Assembly: GCF_001194135.2 (NCBI RefSeq)
Contig: NC_068981.1
Span: 22,368,811-22,404,229, forward strand
DNA length: 35,419 nucleotides
Reading direction: 5' to 3'
Source: Octopus bimaculoides
Taxonomy: Eukaryota
Part shown: positions 20,885 to 31,780 of the stretch, piece after piece
How positions within the stretch are numbered: position 1 is the stretch's first letter
Layout: each line of letters starts with the position of its first letter
The notes under the pieces: generated by a model
The model's database searches: none
The model's input: the letters and a program-made list of their open reading frames with translations, nothing else
Told to the model about the DNA's origin: nothing
Position numbers and translations under genes: made by a program

Positions 20885-21998
20885 TAAGGCAAAGTGCAGA
20901 TGACCTTCAAATACCGTATGGTGTCACTCAGGCTGCACCTGCTAAACAACAGCAGCAAAAATAAATATATAATGCTGTGCCGAAAAGTGGAGTGAGCAGC
21001 ATTGTACGAGTTGGCAGTGAGCTCCCAAGAAGCACTCTCTTCCTCATGATCTATACAGCTCCAAAGCAGCTGGGTTCTCTTACCTGGATGGAAAACACTC
21101 AACATACAAAAAAAAAACAGTCTATGCATGGGTATGTTGCCCGGAACCTTGAAGAAGACAGTAGAATTGACACGAAGTGCAGCCTCTCTTGAACACAAGA
21201 CCATTACTTCACATTACACTTTGAAGGCTATGTGTTTGCAATCCAGGAACAGGAGATTGCCACAAAGTACCTGGTGAACAAGAGAGACAGTGACGCTCTT
21301 GTAACCCCAAGGTGCAACCGCATGTGTAGGCTATGTCATGTTTCTGTGGAAGTTATCATGCAGCTGTGATTAGCAGCTGTGATTAGCAGCTGTCCTAAAA
21401 TGTCACGGTACTACTTCCCTATACGGTACGATGTTGTTGGTAAAACAATTTACAATGCCATCCGCAAAAAGACTGTCCTGAAATAAACTTAGAAAATCCC
21501 TCTGTTGTGGAATACATTCATAAACACCAACTCAAGGAATACTGGTGGAATATTCCATTCAAAACTTCTGTTAAATGTAAACATAACGGGCCGAATTTTG
21601 TTGTATGTGCTATCATAGAGGTCAGCTGCCCGGCAGATATAAATATCTCTTTGAAAATCAAAGAAAAGGAGGATATCTATGGACAACTGCTTTGAAACCT
21701 CCAGCTTCTATATCCAGACTACGAATTCATATTCATACCAATAATAATTGGAGCACTAGGTTTTGTTAATAAATGCTTAAAGGAGAATCTGGATAAACTG
21801 GGATTATCAGAAAGAGAAATCGACCGCCCAATTCGTACATTACAAGTGCAATCTGTGACTGGAACAGTAAAAATATGCAAGACTTTTCTCAAGTTCCAAA
21901 TGTGAATTTGTCTGTGTTAACTACATCCCAAAGTTAGAGCCTTGTATCTTTGTTGGAAACCGGCTCCCTCCTCAGTGGAAGGTTTATAATAATTAAAA
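20885..21998 (+). mobile_element. Second R4/Dong-like non-LTR family, 3' ~1.1 kb, multiply disrupted
   Basis: SMHGY...FEGYVFAIQEQEIATKY...MCRLCH...ISSCPKMS...YWWNIPFKTSVKCKHN...CAIIEVSCPADINI..K.KEK...IPIIIGALG...GTVKICKTFLKF. Stop at 21903-21905; 3' UTR hairpin; taataatt/A tail. Confidence 0.88.
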
Positions 21999-22139
21999 AA
22001 ATAGAAGACATAATACATACATACATACATACGTACATATGTATATACATATGTGTATACACATGCACACTGACGTACACATATGCGCACAGACAAACAA
22101 ACAAAAAGAACGCAGCTCAGATAAAGGACAAAATCAACA

Positions 22140-22177
22140 ATTACTGAAGAAGTTGCAAGAAGCAACGAAAATTTAAG
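22140..22177 (+). ncRNA. Minimal type I hammerhead motif, same family as 5829-5869
   Basis: TTA-CTGAAGA-A-GTTGC(AAGAA)GCAAC-GAAA-A-TT-TAA, with an AAAUUU palindrome at helix III. Confidence 0.6.
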
Positions 22178-22264
22178 AAAAAATAAATTAATGAGTGAAA
22201 ATGGAACCTGTGTGTGTGTTAATTAATAAAGCATTAAAAAAGAATGACTCTGTCCAGACAATAA

Positions 22265-22295
22265 TATGTGTGTGTATACATACACACATATATGC

Positions 22296-22351
<56 letters not shown>

Positions 22352-22420
22352 GTGTGTGTGTGTGTGTGTGTGTGTGCACATAAACACACATGTATGCATA
22401 TGTGTATGTCTTTTGCCTTT
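22265..22420. repeat. (TA)n/(TG)n compound microsatellite
   Basis: Seen directly. Confidence 0.95.
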
Positions 22421-24094
22421 TGGGTCTTCTGGATACCAAAACCTCTGATATATGCATAGACATGTACACTTATGCATCTTTCTGTCGATCTATCTATCTA
22501 TCTAGCTAGCTATCTTTCCATTTTAACTGTAACCGGTTAAGAAAAAAACATTGGAATTAAGAATTTAAATGCATTATTCATGAATTTAACAGAGATAATG
22601 GCCTTAGTTTTTATTGAAACAACTGCATATTATTTGTATTTGGTGTTTTTTCTTTGTAATAGTTAATATTTGTTTATTGCTATTGAATGAATTTTCTATA
22701 AACGACGTATATTGTCCAAACTAGAAACTAAAAACAAAACAATGCCTTGATTTTAAACGCATAATCTATTTCTGGCTCCGCTTAGTAGTATATTCTGTCT
22801 CCCGGCTTCCTTCACAAACCACAAATAAAAATTATGAATCACAGCTATTACTTTACAGTATTGAATCGCTTGTTTTATACAGTAGTTTATAATGATAATG
22901 TAAGTGTCATACCATTGTTTCATTGTATTTGATCGATATCAAGAAAACGAAAAAAAAAAACATCAATTATAGCTCGCGGCAGGACGTTAGGCTGAAAAAT
23001 TACTTAACTGTTTATCTTTGAATAGTTCAAATGTGTATAGCAAAATATACGGAAGTGAGTAATCTTCTGCTCATTGCTTTTAGAGTTATGTACTTCGCTA
23101 GCAGAGCTCTGAGAATCTAGGATATATTTTAGTAGATGTTGCATTTTTTCATACTACTCATATCAGAAAAATTTTGGATTGTCATGAGATAGACAGTATT
23201 ACAGAGAAGTAAGACATATGTTGTGTATTTAAAATTACAGTATCGTTTAGCTTTTAGCTCTGATCTGACATTATACGTCATTCAGACAAATCACAAAATA
23301 TATCAGTATTTAACTTTAACATTCATCGCGCAAATTCTTGTAGTCGAGCGTAGAAGGCTGTAATTCTTTAGTCAGGAAGTCAACAATTCGTTACGAAAAC
23401 TTGATAGTCGGTCATCAAATATATATAGAATCAATGTATTTCAATGCATTGGAGAAATGATTGAATAAAGAGAACAAATTTAATTATTAAAATGGCCATT
23501 TATTAAGATGATTATTGTGTTAGTTGTTACAATACAGAAAACAACTTTTTATAGCTGTTTGTGTACACAAGTTATTTGCAGATCTCCAGTCTATTCTCTA
23601 TGATAGTTAATAGTTTGTTTCATTTCTGTGATAGATAATGTAACAGTTGTATTGTTCTGCTCATGACAAGACATACACGAGGAAGATAACCATGCTCTTG
23701 GTAGGCACCGAATTACAAAAGAAGTAAAAAGCTATTTAAATTGTGTATTTATAGTCTTCGAAACTAAATGAGGTCAAGCTAAAATAAAAAGGGGTTTCTC
23801 CTTATATCAGGTTTCACCCATCTATGACACTAAAAGGTCAAAAAAGTCAACCCATTAATTTCTAAGTGCAAAAAGCGAGAAAGCTTGGCCGAGGACTTGT
23901 TTGAAACTAAGGATTCGATTTTGGATCCTAGCTTTGGAAGTTGGTAGCTGTCCGCTACAAGTTTATAACAGATTATCTACATATGTTACATAAAATTTTA
24001 AATAGTTGAGTAATACATTACAAATGTTCTTTGTGGCATTTATCAAATTATCATAGAGTGAACTAATAAAAGACCAGTGTACATGTTTTGATTA

Positions 24095-24260
24095 CAACCC
24101 TTTACGTTCTGAGTTCTCACTCCAACAGGTTGACCGAGCTTTACATCCTTCCGTGATCAACTTTTCCTTTCATCTCACTGCGGCTGAAACAACAAAGTAT
24201 CAGTCTTGTACTGGGTCAATGCTTTCTACTACTTACCCTCAAAACTGTTGGCCTTGAACC
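24095..24260 (+). mobile_element. SINE family C, degenerate
   Basis: tttacgttctgagttc...gtactgggtcaatg...ctgttggccttg resembles the sense orientation of family C. Confidence 0.5.
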
Positions 24261-24489
24261 TGAATCAGAAACGATTCTTTCGACGTGACACGGTAAATAA
24301 ACTTAAGTTTTACGAACCGGTTTCGATTTTTTTTAGCACAGCTATAGGCCAATGGACAATTCATCAACATCATTTAAAACATAAATGCTAATTAACTTTC
24401 AAAGTGATTTTGTTCCTTGATAAGAAATAATCATTTCTTCTCTTATAATTCTATTAACATCTAGGATGCATGAAAAGATAAGTGTCATC

Positions 24490-24620
24490 AGTACATGGCA
24501 GATTATTTATTTTATCATCCTGAGAAGGATGAAAGGAAAGTTAGCATCTGCTGGCTTTGAACTCGGAACGTAAGGGGTCGTAACTATATTGCACAAGCAT
24601 TTTCCACCGATACACTAACA
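24490..24620 (-). mobile_element. SINE family C, degenerate
   Basis: ttattttatcatcctgagaaggatgaaaggaaag...tttgaactcggaacgtaag...ctaacaattct. Confidence 0.55.
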
Positions 24621-24739
24621 ATTCTACTAATTGCCAGAATGAAATTCGGTTATTTTTTGGTCAGTAAGTATAAGTAGACCAGAGAGTAGAGTGCCAAACT
24701 TAATACATTGAGGGACTTCATTTTCCATCACCAGGTCCC

Positions 24740-24880
24740 ATAACATTTGTTTTTAATTTAGGCATGTCGCTTGCAGTTTAAAAAAACGGGCTTAGTCAAT
24801 TACATCGACTCCGTTACTTGATTTTGTCGACTCTGGGGCGATAAACGGCAAAAATGACCTCGGAGGGATTCGAACGCCGT
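24740..24880 (-). mobile_element. SINE family C fragment, degenerate
   Basis: gtcaattacatcgactcc...ttttgtcgactc...gacctcggagggattcgaac. Confidence 0.5.
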
Positions 24881-24969
24881 TCTACATAATAAACACCAGT
24901 TACAGGTTAAGTTGACTGCGCACTTTTAAAAACCAGTCCTATGGATAATAAAACAGATATGATATCAAT

Positions 24970-25354
24970 TGTTGGCATTCCGTCGGTTACGACGTCGAGG
25001 GTTCCAGTTGATCCGATCAACGGAACAGCCTGCTCGTGAAATTAACGTGCAAGTGGCTGAGCACTCCACAGACACGTGTACCCTTAACGTAGTTCTCGGG
25101 GAGATTCAGCGTGACATAGAGTGTGACAAGACTGGCCTCTTTGAAATACAGGTACAACAGAAACAGGAAGAAAGAGTGAGAGAAAGTTGTGGTGAAAGAG
25201 TACAGCAGGGTTCGCCACCATCCCCTGCCGGAGCCTCGTGGAGCTTTAGGAGTTTTCGCTTAATAAACACTCACAACGCCCGGTCTGGTAATCGAAACCG
25301 CAATCCTACGACCGCGAGTCCGCTTCCCTAACCACTAGGCCACTGCGCCTCCAC
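24970..25354 (-). mobile_element. SINE family B, full length
   Basis: Antisense of 13161-13521. 10-bp TSD TGATATCAAT at 24960-24969 and 25355-25364. Confidence 0.95.
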
Positions 25355-25756
25355 TGATATCAATAGACAAAAGAAAAAAAATACATGTGGTTTTCAACAA
25401 AGGTTACAGCACGTAAATGTATTTCGGTGATGTTTTAACAAATTGAAATTAACCCAAGGAAAAATCGTTACATGTGAACAAGTAAAGTTAATCGAATGCA
25501 CGGAATCTCTCACCACTCCATAAATAGATCCTATATCGAAACCTTACTCATTAGTGTTATAGAAAATAGCGATGAATAAGGTTTCAATATCAGAACAGGC
25601 TATAAAATTACCCTTTATTTTTTTTGTGCGTATGAAATGGATTTTTCTCGTGTTATGTAAAGTGGAAAAAGCGTTTTGGTGTACGTTAATGCGCCGTAAC
25701 TTCCTACTGAAAAGAGCACGTATCCACGTTCATATACATATATATATATATATATA

Positions 25757-26127
25757 NNNNNNNNNNNNNNNNNNNNNNNNNNNNNNNNNNNNNNNNNNNN
25801 NNNNNNNNNNNNNNNNNNNNNNNNNNNNNNNNNNNNNNNNNNNNNNNNNNNNNNNNNNNNNNNNNNNNNNNNNNNNNNNNNNNNNNNNNNNNNNNNNNNN
25901 NNNNNNNNNNNNNNNNNNNNNNNNNNNNNNNNNNNNNNNNNNNNNNNNNNNNNNNNNNNNNNNNNNNNNNNNNNNNNNNNNNNNNNNNNNNNNNNNNNNN
26001 NNNNNNNNNNNNNNNNNNNNNNNNNNNNNNNNNNNNNNNNNNNNNNNNNNNNNNNNNNNNNNNNNNNNNNNNNNNNNNNNNNNNNNNNNNNNNNNNNNNN
26101 NNNNNNNNNNNNNNNNNNNNNNNNNNN
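25757..26127. other. Assembly gap (371 N)
   Basis: N run. Confidence 1.
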
Positions 26128-26597
26128 ACCTCGCTTAAATTACAAATTCTTTAATAAATTTAGTATTTTTGGGATTTTAATTTGGAATGGGATGGCGGGG
26201 AAAAAACGAAAATAAATGATACATTTATTTAGCTGTATGTCTTGTCGATTAAACATGTCTTAATAGTGCCATTGATTTTAAAATGCCTTGCACATGAGCT
26301 AATAATGTGAGACTGTAAATCACTTTTCCTGAAAATATTACACTTGTGTATTCTGGTCTTTTACTTTTTGGAACTAAATCTGATTTTCTCACATTCTTAT
26401 TTTTTTTTTTAATATCTTTATATTATTCTATCCGACACTTTTTGATTTGTAGCAATGGGTGTATGAAATATAAAGCTGTTAAGTATTTTTCGATTTGAGT
26501 TAAAACTGAAGCCAAGACAGAATATAAATGGTTGGAGAATATAATAATAATAAAAAAACAAAAACGCCAAAATCAGTTGAGTTTATTACTACTTAAT

Positions 26598-26690
26598 GCA
26601 AATGGCGACAACGAAAGAACTAATGGCGGCCGGAAGTCTGGATATTATTCTAACTAAGCAGTTTCAGATCTTTATGTTGCTGAGTCGGTA
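26598..26690 (+). promoter_or_regulatory. Possible promoter/first-exon motif cluster
   Basis: Two AATGGCG (YY1-like) motifs and CCGGAAGT (ETS-like) within 40 bp; in-frame ATGs at 26602 and 26623. Motif matches only. Confidence 0.15.
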
Positions 26691-26694
26691 ATAA

Positions 26695-26850
26695 TAATTT
26701 CTTACATAAGCACAAGACTTCGAAATTCGAAGGAGATATGTAGATGATTATATTAACCCAGTACGTGTCAGTTGTTACTTTATCGATCCCACAATGATGA
26801 AGTCAAAGTCTACATTAGCGGGATTTGAGGCCGAACGTAATTGTATGGGT
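26695..26850 (-). mobile_element. SINE family C, degenerate
   Basis: gcacaagacttcgaaatt...aacccagtacg...tttatcgatcccacaatgatgaagtcaaagtc...gggatttga. Confidence 0.5.
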
Positions 26851-26916
26851 AATGATTGTTTCCAGCATAGGCACAAGGTTGGAAATTTTGGGGTTATTCG
26901 ATTAAATTTAATCGAT

Positions 26917-27056
26917 TTTCGCAAAAACACCACAAAAGGACAAAATGAGAAACATACAGAATAAAGAATTATCTATGGACTGCAGTTTCGAACATTAACG
27001 TTATACTCACGTAACAACATCCGTGTTCACATCAACATAGACGTTCTAGAATCAAT
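26917..27056 (-). repeat. Segment X, inverted relative to 27449-27588
   Basis: 140 bp; 11 substitutions vs the reverse complement of X2. Confidence 0.95.
26972..27041 (-). ncRNA. Type I hammerhead motif with mutated core box
   Basis: TCTATG-TTGATGT-GAACA...TGTTC-GAAA-CTGCAG-TC-CATAGA. Perfect stems and a GUC site, but the core reads UUGAUGU. Confidence 0.55.
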
Positions 27057-27064
27057 TTGAGATA

Positions 27065-27167
27065 TTTTTCTGGAGAACATTATTTTTCTTTGTGGTTGGG
27101 TCGTTGATGACCTCTTTCTAGCATATTGGATGTCCACCTAATGGTCATCCCTTATACACGTGTAGTA
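27065..27167 (+). repeat. Segment Y, direct repeat of 27589-27691
   Basis: 103 bp, 2 substitutions; the second copy ends at a 10-N gap. Confidence 0.9.
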
Positions 27168-27448
27168 CAATTTTTTCTGAATTTTCAGATTTTTTTATAT
27201 GCTAGGCCACTTGGTTTTAAATTGAATTAATATTCAATTTATCACCCTATCTACATAAATAATAATTTAAATAGTTATGTTCTCCAGCCAGCAACATATA
27301 CTGCAGTGAATTATTCTCTGCAGAATTGTTTCCGGAATTTTTGCGCGCCTGAGCTGAGGCATTTTGAAAAATAACCCCAATGTAATCGGTAGAACTATAT
27401 GCAAGTCTTATTTCATGAAGACAATTCGTGTATAGTTCTGCAAATTAT

Positions 27449-27691
27449 ATTGATTCTAGAACGTCTATGCTGATGAAAACACGGATGTTGTTACGTAAGT
27501 AAAACGTTAATGTTCGAAACTGCAGTTCATAGATAATTCTGTATTCTGTATATTTCTCATTTTGTCCTGTTCTGGTGCTTTTGCGAAATTTTTCTGGAGA
27601 ACATTATTTTTCTTTGTGGTTGGGTTGTTGATGACCTCTTTCTAGCATATTGGATGTCCACCTAGTGGTCATCCCTTATACACGTGTAGTA
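27449..27691 (+). repeat. Segment X2 (inverted copy, 27449-27588) fused to Y2 (27589-27691)
   Basis: Direct alignment to X and Y. Confidence 0.9.
27464..27533 (+). ncRNA. Type I hammerhead ribozyme motif with palindromic helix III
   Basis: TCTATG-CTGATGA-AAACA...TGTTC-GAAA-CTGCAG-TT-CATAGA. 6-bp stem I, intact core boxes, ACTGCAGT palindrome, GUU site, A-C mismatch at the first stem II pair. Confidence 0.72.
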
Positions 27692-27701
27692 NNNNNNNNN
27701 N
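27692..27701. other. Assembly gap (10 N)
   Basis: N run. Confidence 1.
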
Positions 27702-28066
27702 TTTGCCTGCGGCCATGCTGGAGTACCGCCTTTACTCGAACAAATCGAACCCAGGACTCATTTTTATAAGCCTAGTACTTATTCTATCGTTCTCTTTTGC
27801 CGAACCGCTAAGTTAAGGGGACGTAAACACACCAACTTTGGTTGTCAAGAGATAGTGGTGGGGACAAATACAGACACACACAAATATATATGTATATATA
27901 TATATATATATACGACAGGCTTCTGTCAGTTTCCGTCTGCCAAATCTATTCACAAGGCTTTGGTCGGCCCGAGGCTATAGTAGAAGACACTTGCCCATAA
28001 TACCACGCAGTGGGACTGAACCCGGAACCATGTTGTTCGGAAGCTAGCTTCTAACCACACAGCCAT
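27702..28066 (-). mobile_element. SINE family A, near full length
   Basis: Antisense of the 11460/12463 copies. Confidence 0.92.
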
Positions 28067-29244
28067 ATATGAATTTAGTAGCTCCAGAGGACTGTATCTA
28101 CAAATTTGTACACTATAAATGTTTAACATTATATTTAATACCAGAGGCTTGTGAACATCCGGTCCACATAGTCTATAATAAGATCGACGTTATATAATCT
28201 AGTGAGTAACGTTACTTCTGTCTACTATAAGTGTTACAGAGCAAGAATGAAGGACTCAGTGAAGTAGTTTCGATTCTTGATTGAAATCATTTAACGTATT
28301 TATGTATGAACGTCTTTGAGAAAGATGCAAATGTTCCAACATCACATCCCTCTTTTCTATATATCTGTTACCATCACTAATTCCACACTTTCTAAAAATA
28401 AATATATTCAATTTTAAGTTGTACTCTACTCAAACTACAACCATTGAGTAAACATCCGAAAAAGTTAAGTTGTACTCACACCATAGCTATTTCCAGAAAT
28501 TAAAAAAAAAACTATATGTACTCAAATTTTCCTTAAATAAACAAATTATTGTTAAAATAATGTATTGGTTTAATGATAATTAGTCGTGACAGATTTGCTA
28601 AATAAGATCTGATCTGTGGCTAAAGAACATCCTCCCTTTATAGCCAGCCAAGTGGGAAGTCTATTCGACCGCTCAAATCTTCCTCAGAAACGCATATCCA
28701 ACCACATAAAAGATGTAATCAACATAATATAAAAAAGATTTGAGGGGCAAGATTGGAAACCCTATCCTTACACTGCAGCGGAGTTGGGTGGGGGTGAGAA
28801 ACGGCAGAGGAAGTGCGAGTGGAGGTACGATATGCTCAGGGTGACATCTTTTGGATTTACTTTATAAGCCTGTATGGTGGTTGGCGGGAAACTAAAAGGC
28901 CGCTCTGGGCGGAACTCTCTAGCTACTCTATAGCATACCTCATAGGTATGTTGGCCATAGGTTTAAATGATGCTAACAGCAAGCACATCAGGCATTTATC
29001 CCTCCCCAGCTACCCAAAGCTGTCTATTATAAAAATAAGAGAGGATCAGAGTGAAAGCTATAATTATATGCGTTCGTTTCCGTTGAAATCTTAACCCCAA
29101 ATTTCTTTTCATTGATATTAAATACATCAACATATGTTACATATGTATATATTTTTAAGCTGCATGACACCTTCTTTCTGTAACCTCTTTCGGGTCTCTT
29201 TCTACCGGCTTCGTACACATTTGCACACATATTCATACCCACAT

Positions 29245-29325
29245 TTGTACGTATGCATGCATGTATGTATATATGTATGTACGTATGTACGTACGTATGT
29301 ACGTAATGTCAGTGTGTGTATGTGA

Positions 29326-29376
<51 letters not shown>
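29245..29376. repeat. (TACG/TATG)n + (CA)n microsatellite
   Basis: Seen directly. Confidence 0.95.
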
Positions 29377-29377
<1 letters not shown>

Positions 29378-29944
29378 AAGGCAGAGATCTGAGAAGGTCA
29401 TTTTACTAATGCTGAGTACTTTTTAACCATTGTTGTCCGTTTATACATTATTTCTTCCACTGTTATCTACTTTGATTCATGAAATTAAATATTTGGGCGA
29501 ATAATCTAAGGTTGTATACAACAAAACCTGTTTTTCTTTAACTCCGGATGTTAATAAAACAGATGCATGTAAATATTATTCTAACAATTGATACAATATA
29601 GAATGTTATTCGATATAATTTTCTATGACATATGGAATATCACGTTTCCAAAGGAGTTTCTGGAAAACTTCATAAACCAGCAAAACTAAAGAAAAAAAAT
29701 TTCATAACAAGTAACAAAAATGAGAATTTCTAAAACAAAATTACAATGAATTTTGTCCAGTGAAAATGAGCACTTGTTCCCATATTGCGACTAACAACAG
29801 CTGCTGAAAGTAAAATCATACAAAATTCCTGGGGTTGTGGAAAACAGCGATAAATAAAGTTTAAATAAAATCATTTGCAGATACAAAAATACCCGCAGTT
29901 CACGATTATAAATGATTTTGATAAAAATCGGTTAACATGATATA

Positions 29945-30150
29945 AGTTTCAAATTTTGGCACAAAACCAGTAATTTCTGGAGAGGGGCTAATTCAATTAA
30001 ATCATCCTCAGTGCTCAACTGGTATTTATTTTAACGACCCCGAAAAGATGAAAAGCAATGTCGACCCCAGTGGAATTTGAGCATAGAACGTAAAGACGGA
30101 CGAAATGCCGCTAAGCATTTTGCTCGGCGTGCTAACGATTCAGCTTGCTC
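29945..30150 (-). mobile_element. SINE family C
   Basis: tttcaaattttggcacaaaaccag...cagtgctcaactggta...gtaaagacggacgaaatgccgctaagcattttgctcggcgtgctaacgattc. Confidence 0.88.
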
Positions 30151-30543
30151 ACTGCATTTCGGTTTATGTAATATAAATGAGTGTTTACTATAAAATATCT
30201 TTAGTTTTAAATGAAGTCTGGCTGCTTTGATTGAAGATTTCACTTTCAATGGAGCGGTAAATTCTAAAATGTATTGAAAATTTGGAATTTTTTTTTTTTC
30301 TAAATCGAACGAAACAAACAATAAATTATATAATAAGGTATTAGTTTCTGGGCATTATTGACTTTTTGTGGTTTAAAATTTTTTTCGCTTCCTTTTAGTT
30401 TAATTGTTGGAAATATGGAAAAATTGCTGTTGGTTTTAATGACTCTTTTGTTTCATCAGTTAAACTATATTTTGTCCTGCTTTTATTCGCGATTTTTGCT
30501 GCTGAATTTAATGACTCATGCCAAACTTTGAATCATCAGTTGA

Positions 30544-30923
30544 AATTTTGAAGCTAAAAGCAATTCACAAAATGGAATTCCTACAAGCCACAGTAAGGAA
30601 ACTCAAAAGAAAATATACAATGGTATATGCGAAAGTGATTATTTAAATCATATATGCTAACCACCAGTCTTCTTTTCGACATGTGGATAAGAAGCCACGA
30701 AGTTACCTAGTCCTATGTAGGACCTGAAGGCCAACTATATACTATAACCATTAAGTGGAGCAGTGTGGTACGACCCACGTCATACGTTAATGGTTCAAAG
30801 TGGTGCAGGCTTTGTTTAGCCAAAAAATTTCATATCCTTTTTAGATATAAGAACTCACACCTACGATCTGAAACTTTTATTAAATGTAAGCACCTGGATA
30901 AATCTCTTTTACTGAACTGGAAA
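30544..30923 (+). mobile_element. Penelope-like element GIY-YIG endonuclease remnant
   Basis: Frameshifted KIYNGICES...NHQSSFRH...DLKA...IKWSSV...YVNGSKWCRLCLAKKFHIL...RSETFIKCKHLDKSLL. Matches the PLE EN pattern YIG.TE..FK.R..NH..SF...W...C.LCL.EK..I...RSE....C.H. Confidence 0.72.
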
Positions 30924-31120
30924 ACTTGCTCGGATTAAGCCAGGAGTCTCACAAACTTTAACCATCTCTCAGTTGAATTAATTTATAATAATTCTGATTC
31001 GAACGGGCTGAAGTGATGCAACTCCTAATTTCCCTTTCTTTATTTTAACTTCACTTTTTCGTTCTTTTACATTCCTTTCTTCTTTACTAGCGTTTTCTCA
31101 AAGACCAGTGTCTTTCCTCG

Positions 31121-31493
31121 NNNNNNNNNNNNNNNNNNNNNNNNNNNNNNNNNNNNNNNNNNNNNNNNNNNNNNNNNNNNNNNNNNNNNNNNNNNNNNNN
31201 NNNNNNNNNNNNNNNNNNNNNNNNNNNNNNNNNNNNNNNNNNNNNNNNNNNNNNNNNNNNNNNNNNNNNNNNNNNNNNNNNNNNNNNNNNNNNNNNNNNN
31301 NNNNNNNNNNNNNNNNNNNNNNNNNNNNNNNNNNNNNNNNNNNNNNNNNNNNNNNNNNNNNNNNNNNNNNNNNNNNNNNNNNNNNNNNNNNNNNNNNNNN
31401 NNNNNNNNNNNNNNNNNNNNNNNNNNNNNNNNNNNNNNNNNNNNNNNNNNNNNNNNNNNNNNNNNNNNNNNNNNNNNNNNNNNNNNNNNNNNN
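31121..31493. other. Assembly gap (373 N)
   Basis: N run. Confidence 1.
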
Positions 31494-31683
31494 GTTCTCA
31501 TTTGGATTTACTATATATATATAGGAAAAAATAAGTTCAAAAATAACAATTCAAACTTTTACAACTTGCTTGTAAATATCCGATTTTTTCCCCTATTACC
31601 CCTTTTATATTCTCCCTTATTGTATCTTATTTTAATTTACTTTATTTTATTAAACCTTTTTTGATGTCCTTCCAAAAATTCTT

Positions 31684-31780
31684 CATACTGATGAGCAAGA
31701 TAATGCATAAATTTAATTATAATTACTTTGATTATAATTTTTTCTTACATATTTGTATTGTTCTTTGAAACGCGCGTATG
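31684..31780 (+). ncRNA. Interrupted hammerhead-like motif
   Basis: CATA-CTGATGA-GCA(AGATAA)TGC, then 60 AT-rich nt, then GAAA-CGCGCG-TA-TG. Confidence 0.4.

Noticed and set aside
21930-21985. Antisense CTGAGGA box next to a GAGCC/GGCTC hairpin (related string at 6600)
   Set aside because: It is the 3' UTR hairpin of the R4-like LINE; no GAAA box in the correct position.
27589-27691. Y2 as a contig-overlap artefact beside the 10-N gap
   Set aside because: Not fully excluded, but Y1/Y2 differ at 2 sites and X/X2 at 11, and Y2 is joined to the inverted X2. That favours a real rearranged repeat.
28655-28692. Minus-strand CTGAGGA-A-GAT...GTC-GAAT
   Set aside because: Weak stem II, GAAU instead of GAAA, and no stem I pairing.
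13388-31524. Long ORFs in the track containing X runs (13388-14277, 18953-19466, 25572-26138, 31067-31524)
   Set aside because: Artefacts of translating N gaps.
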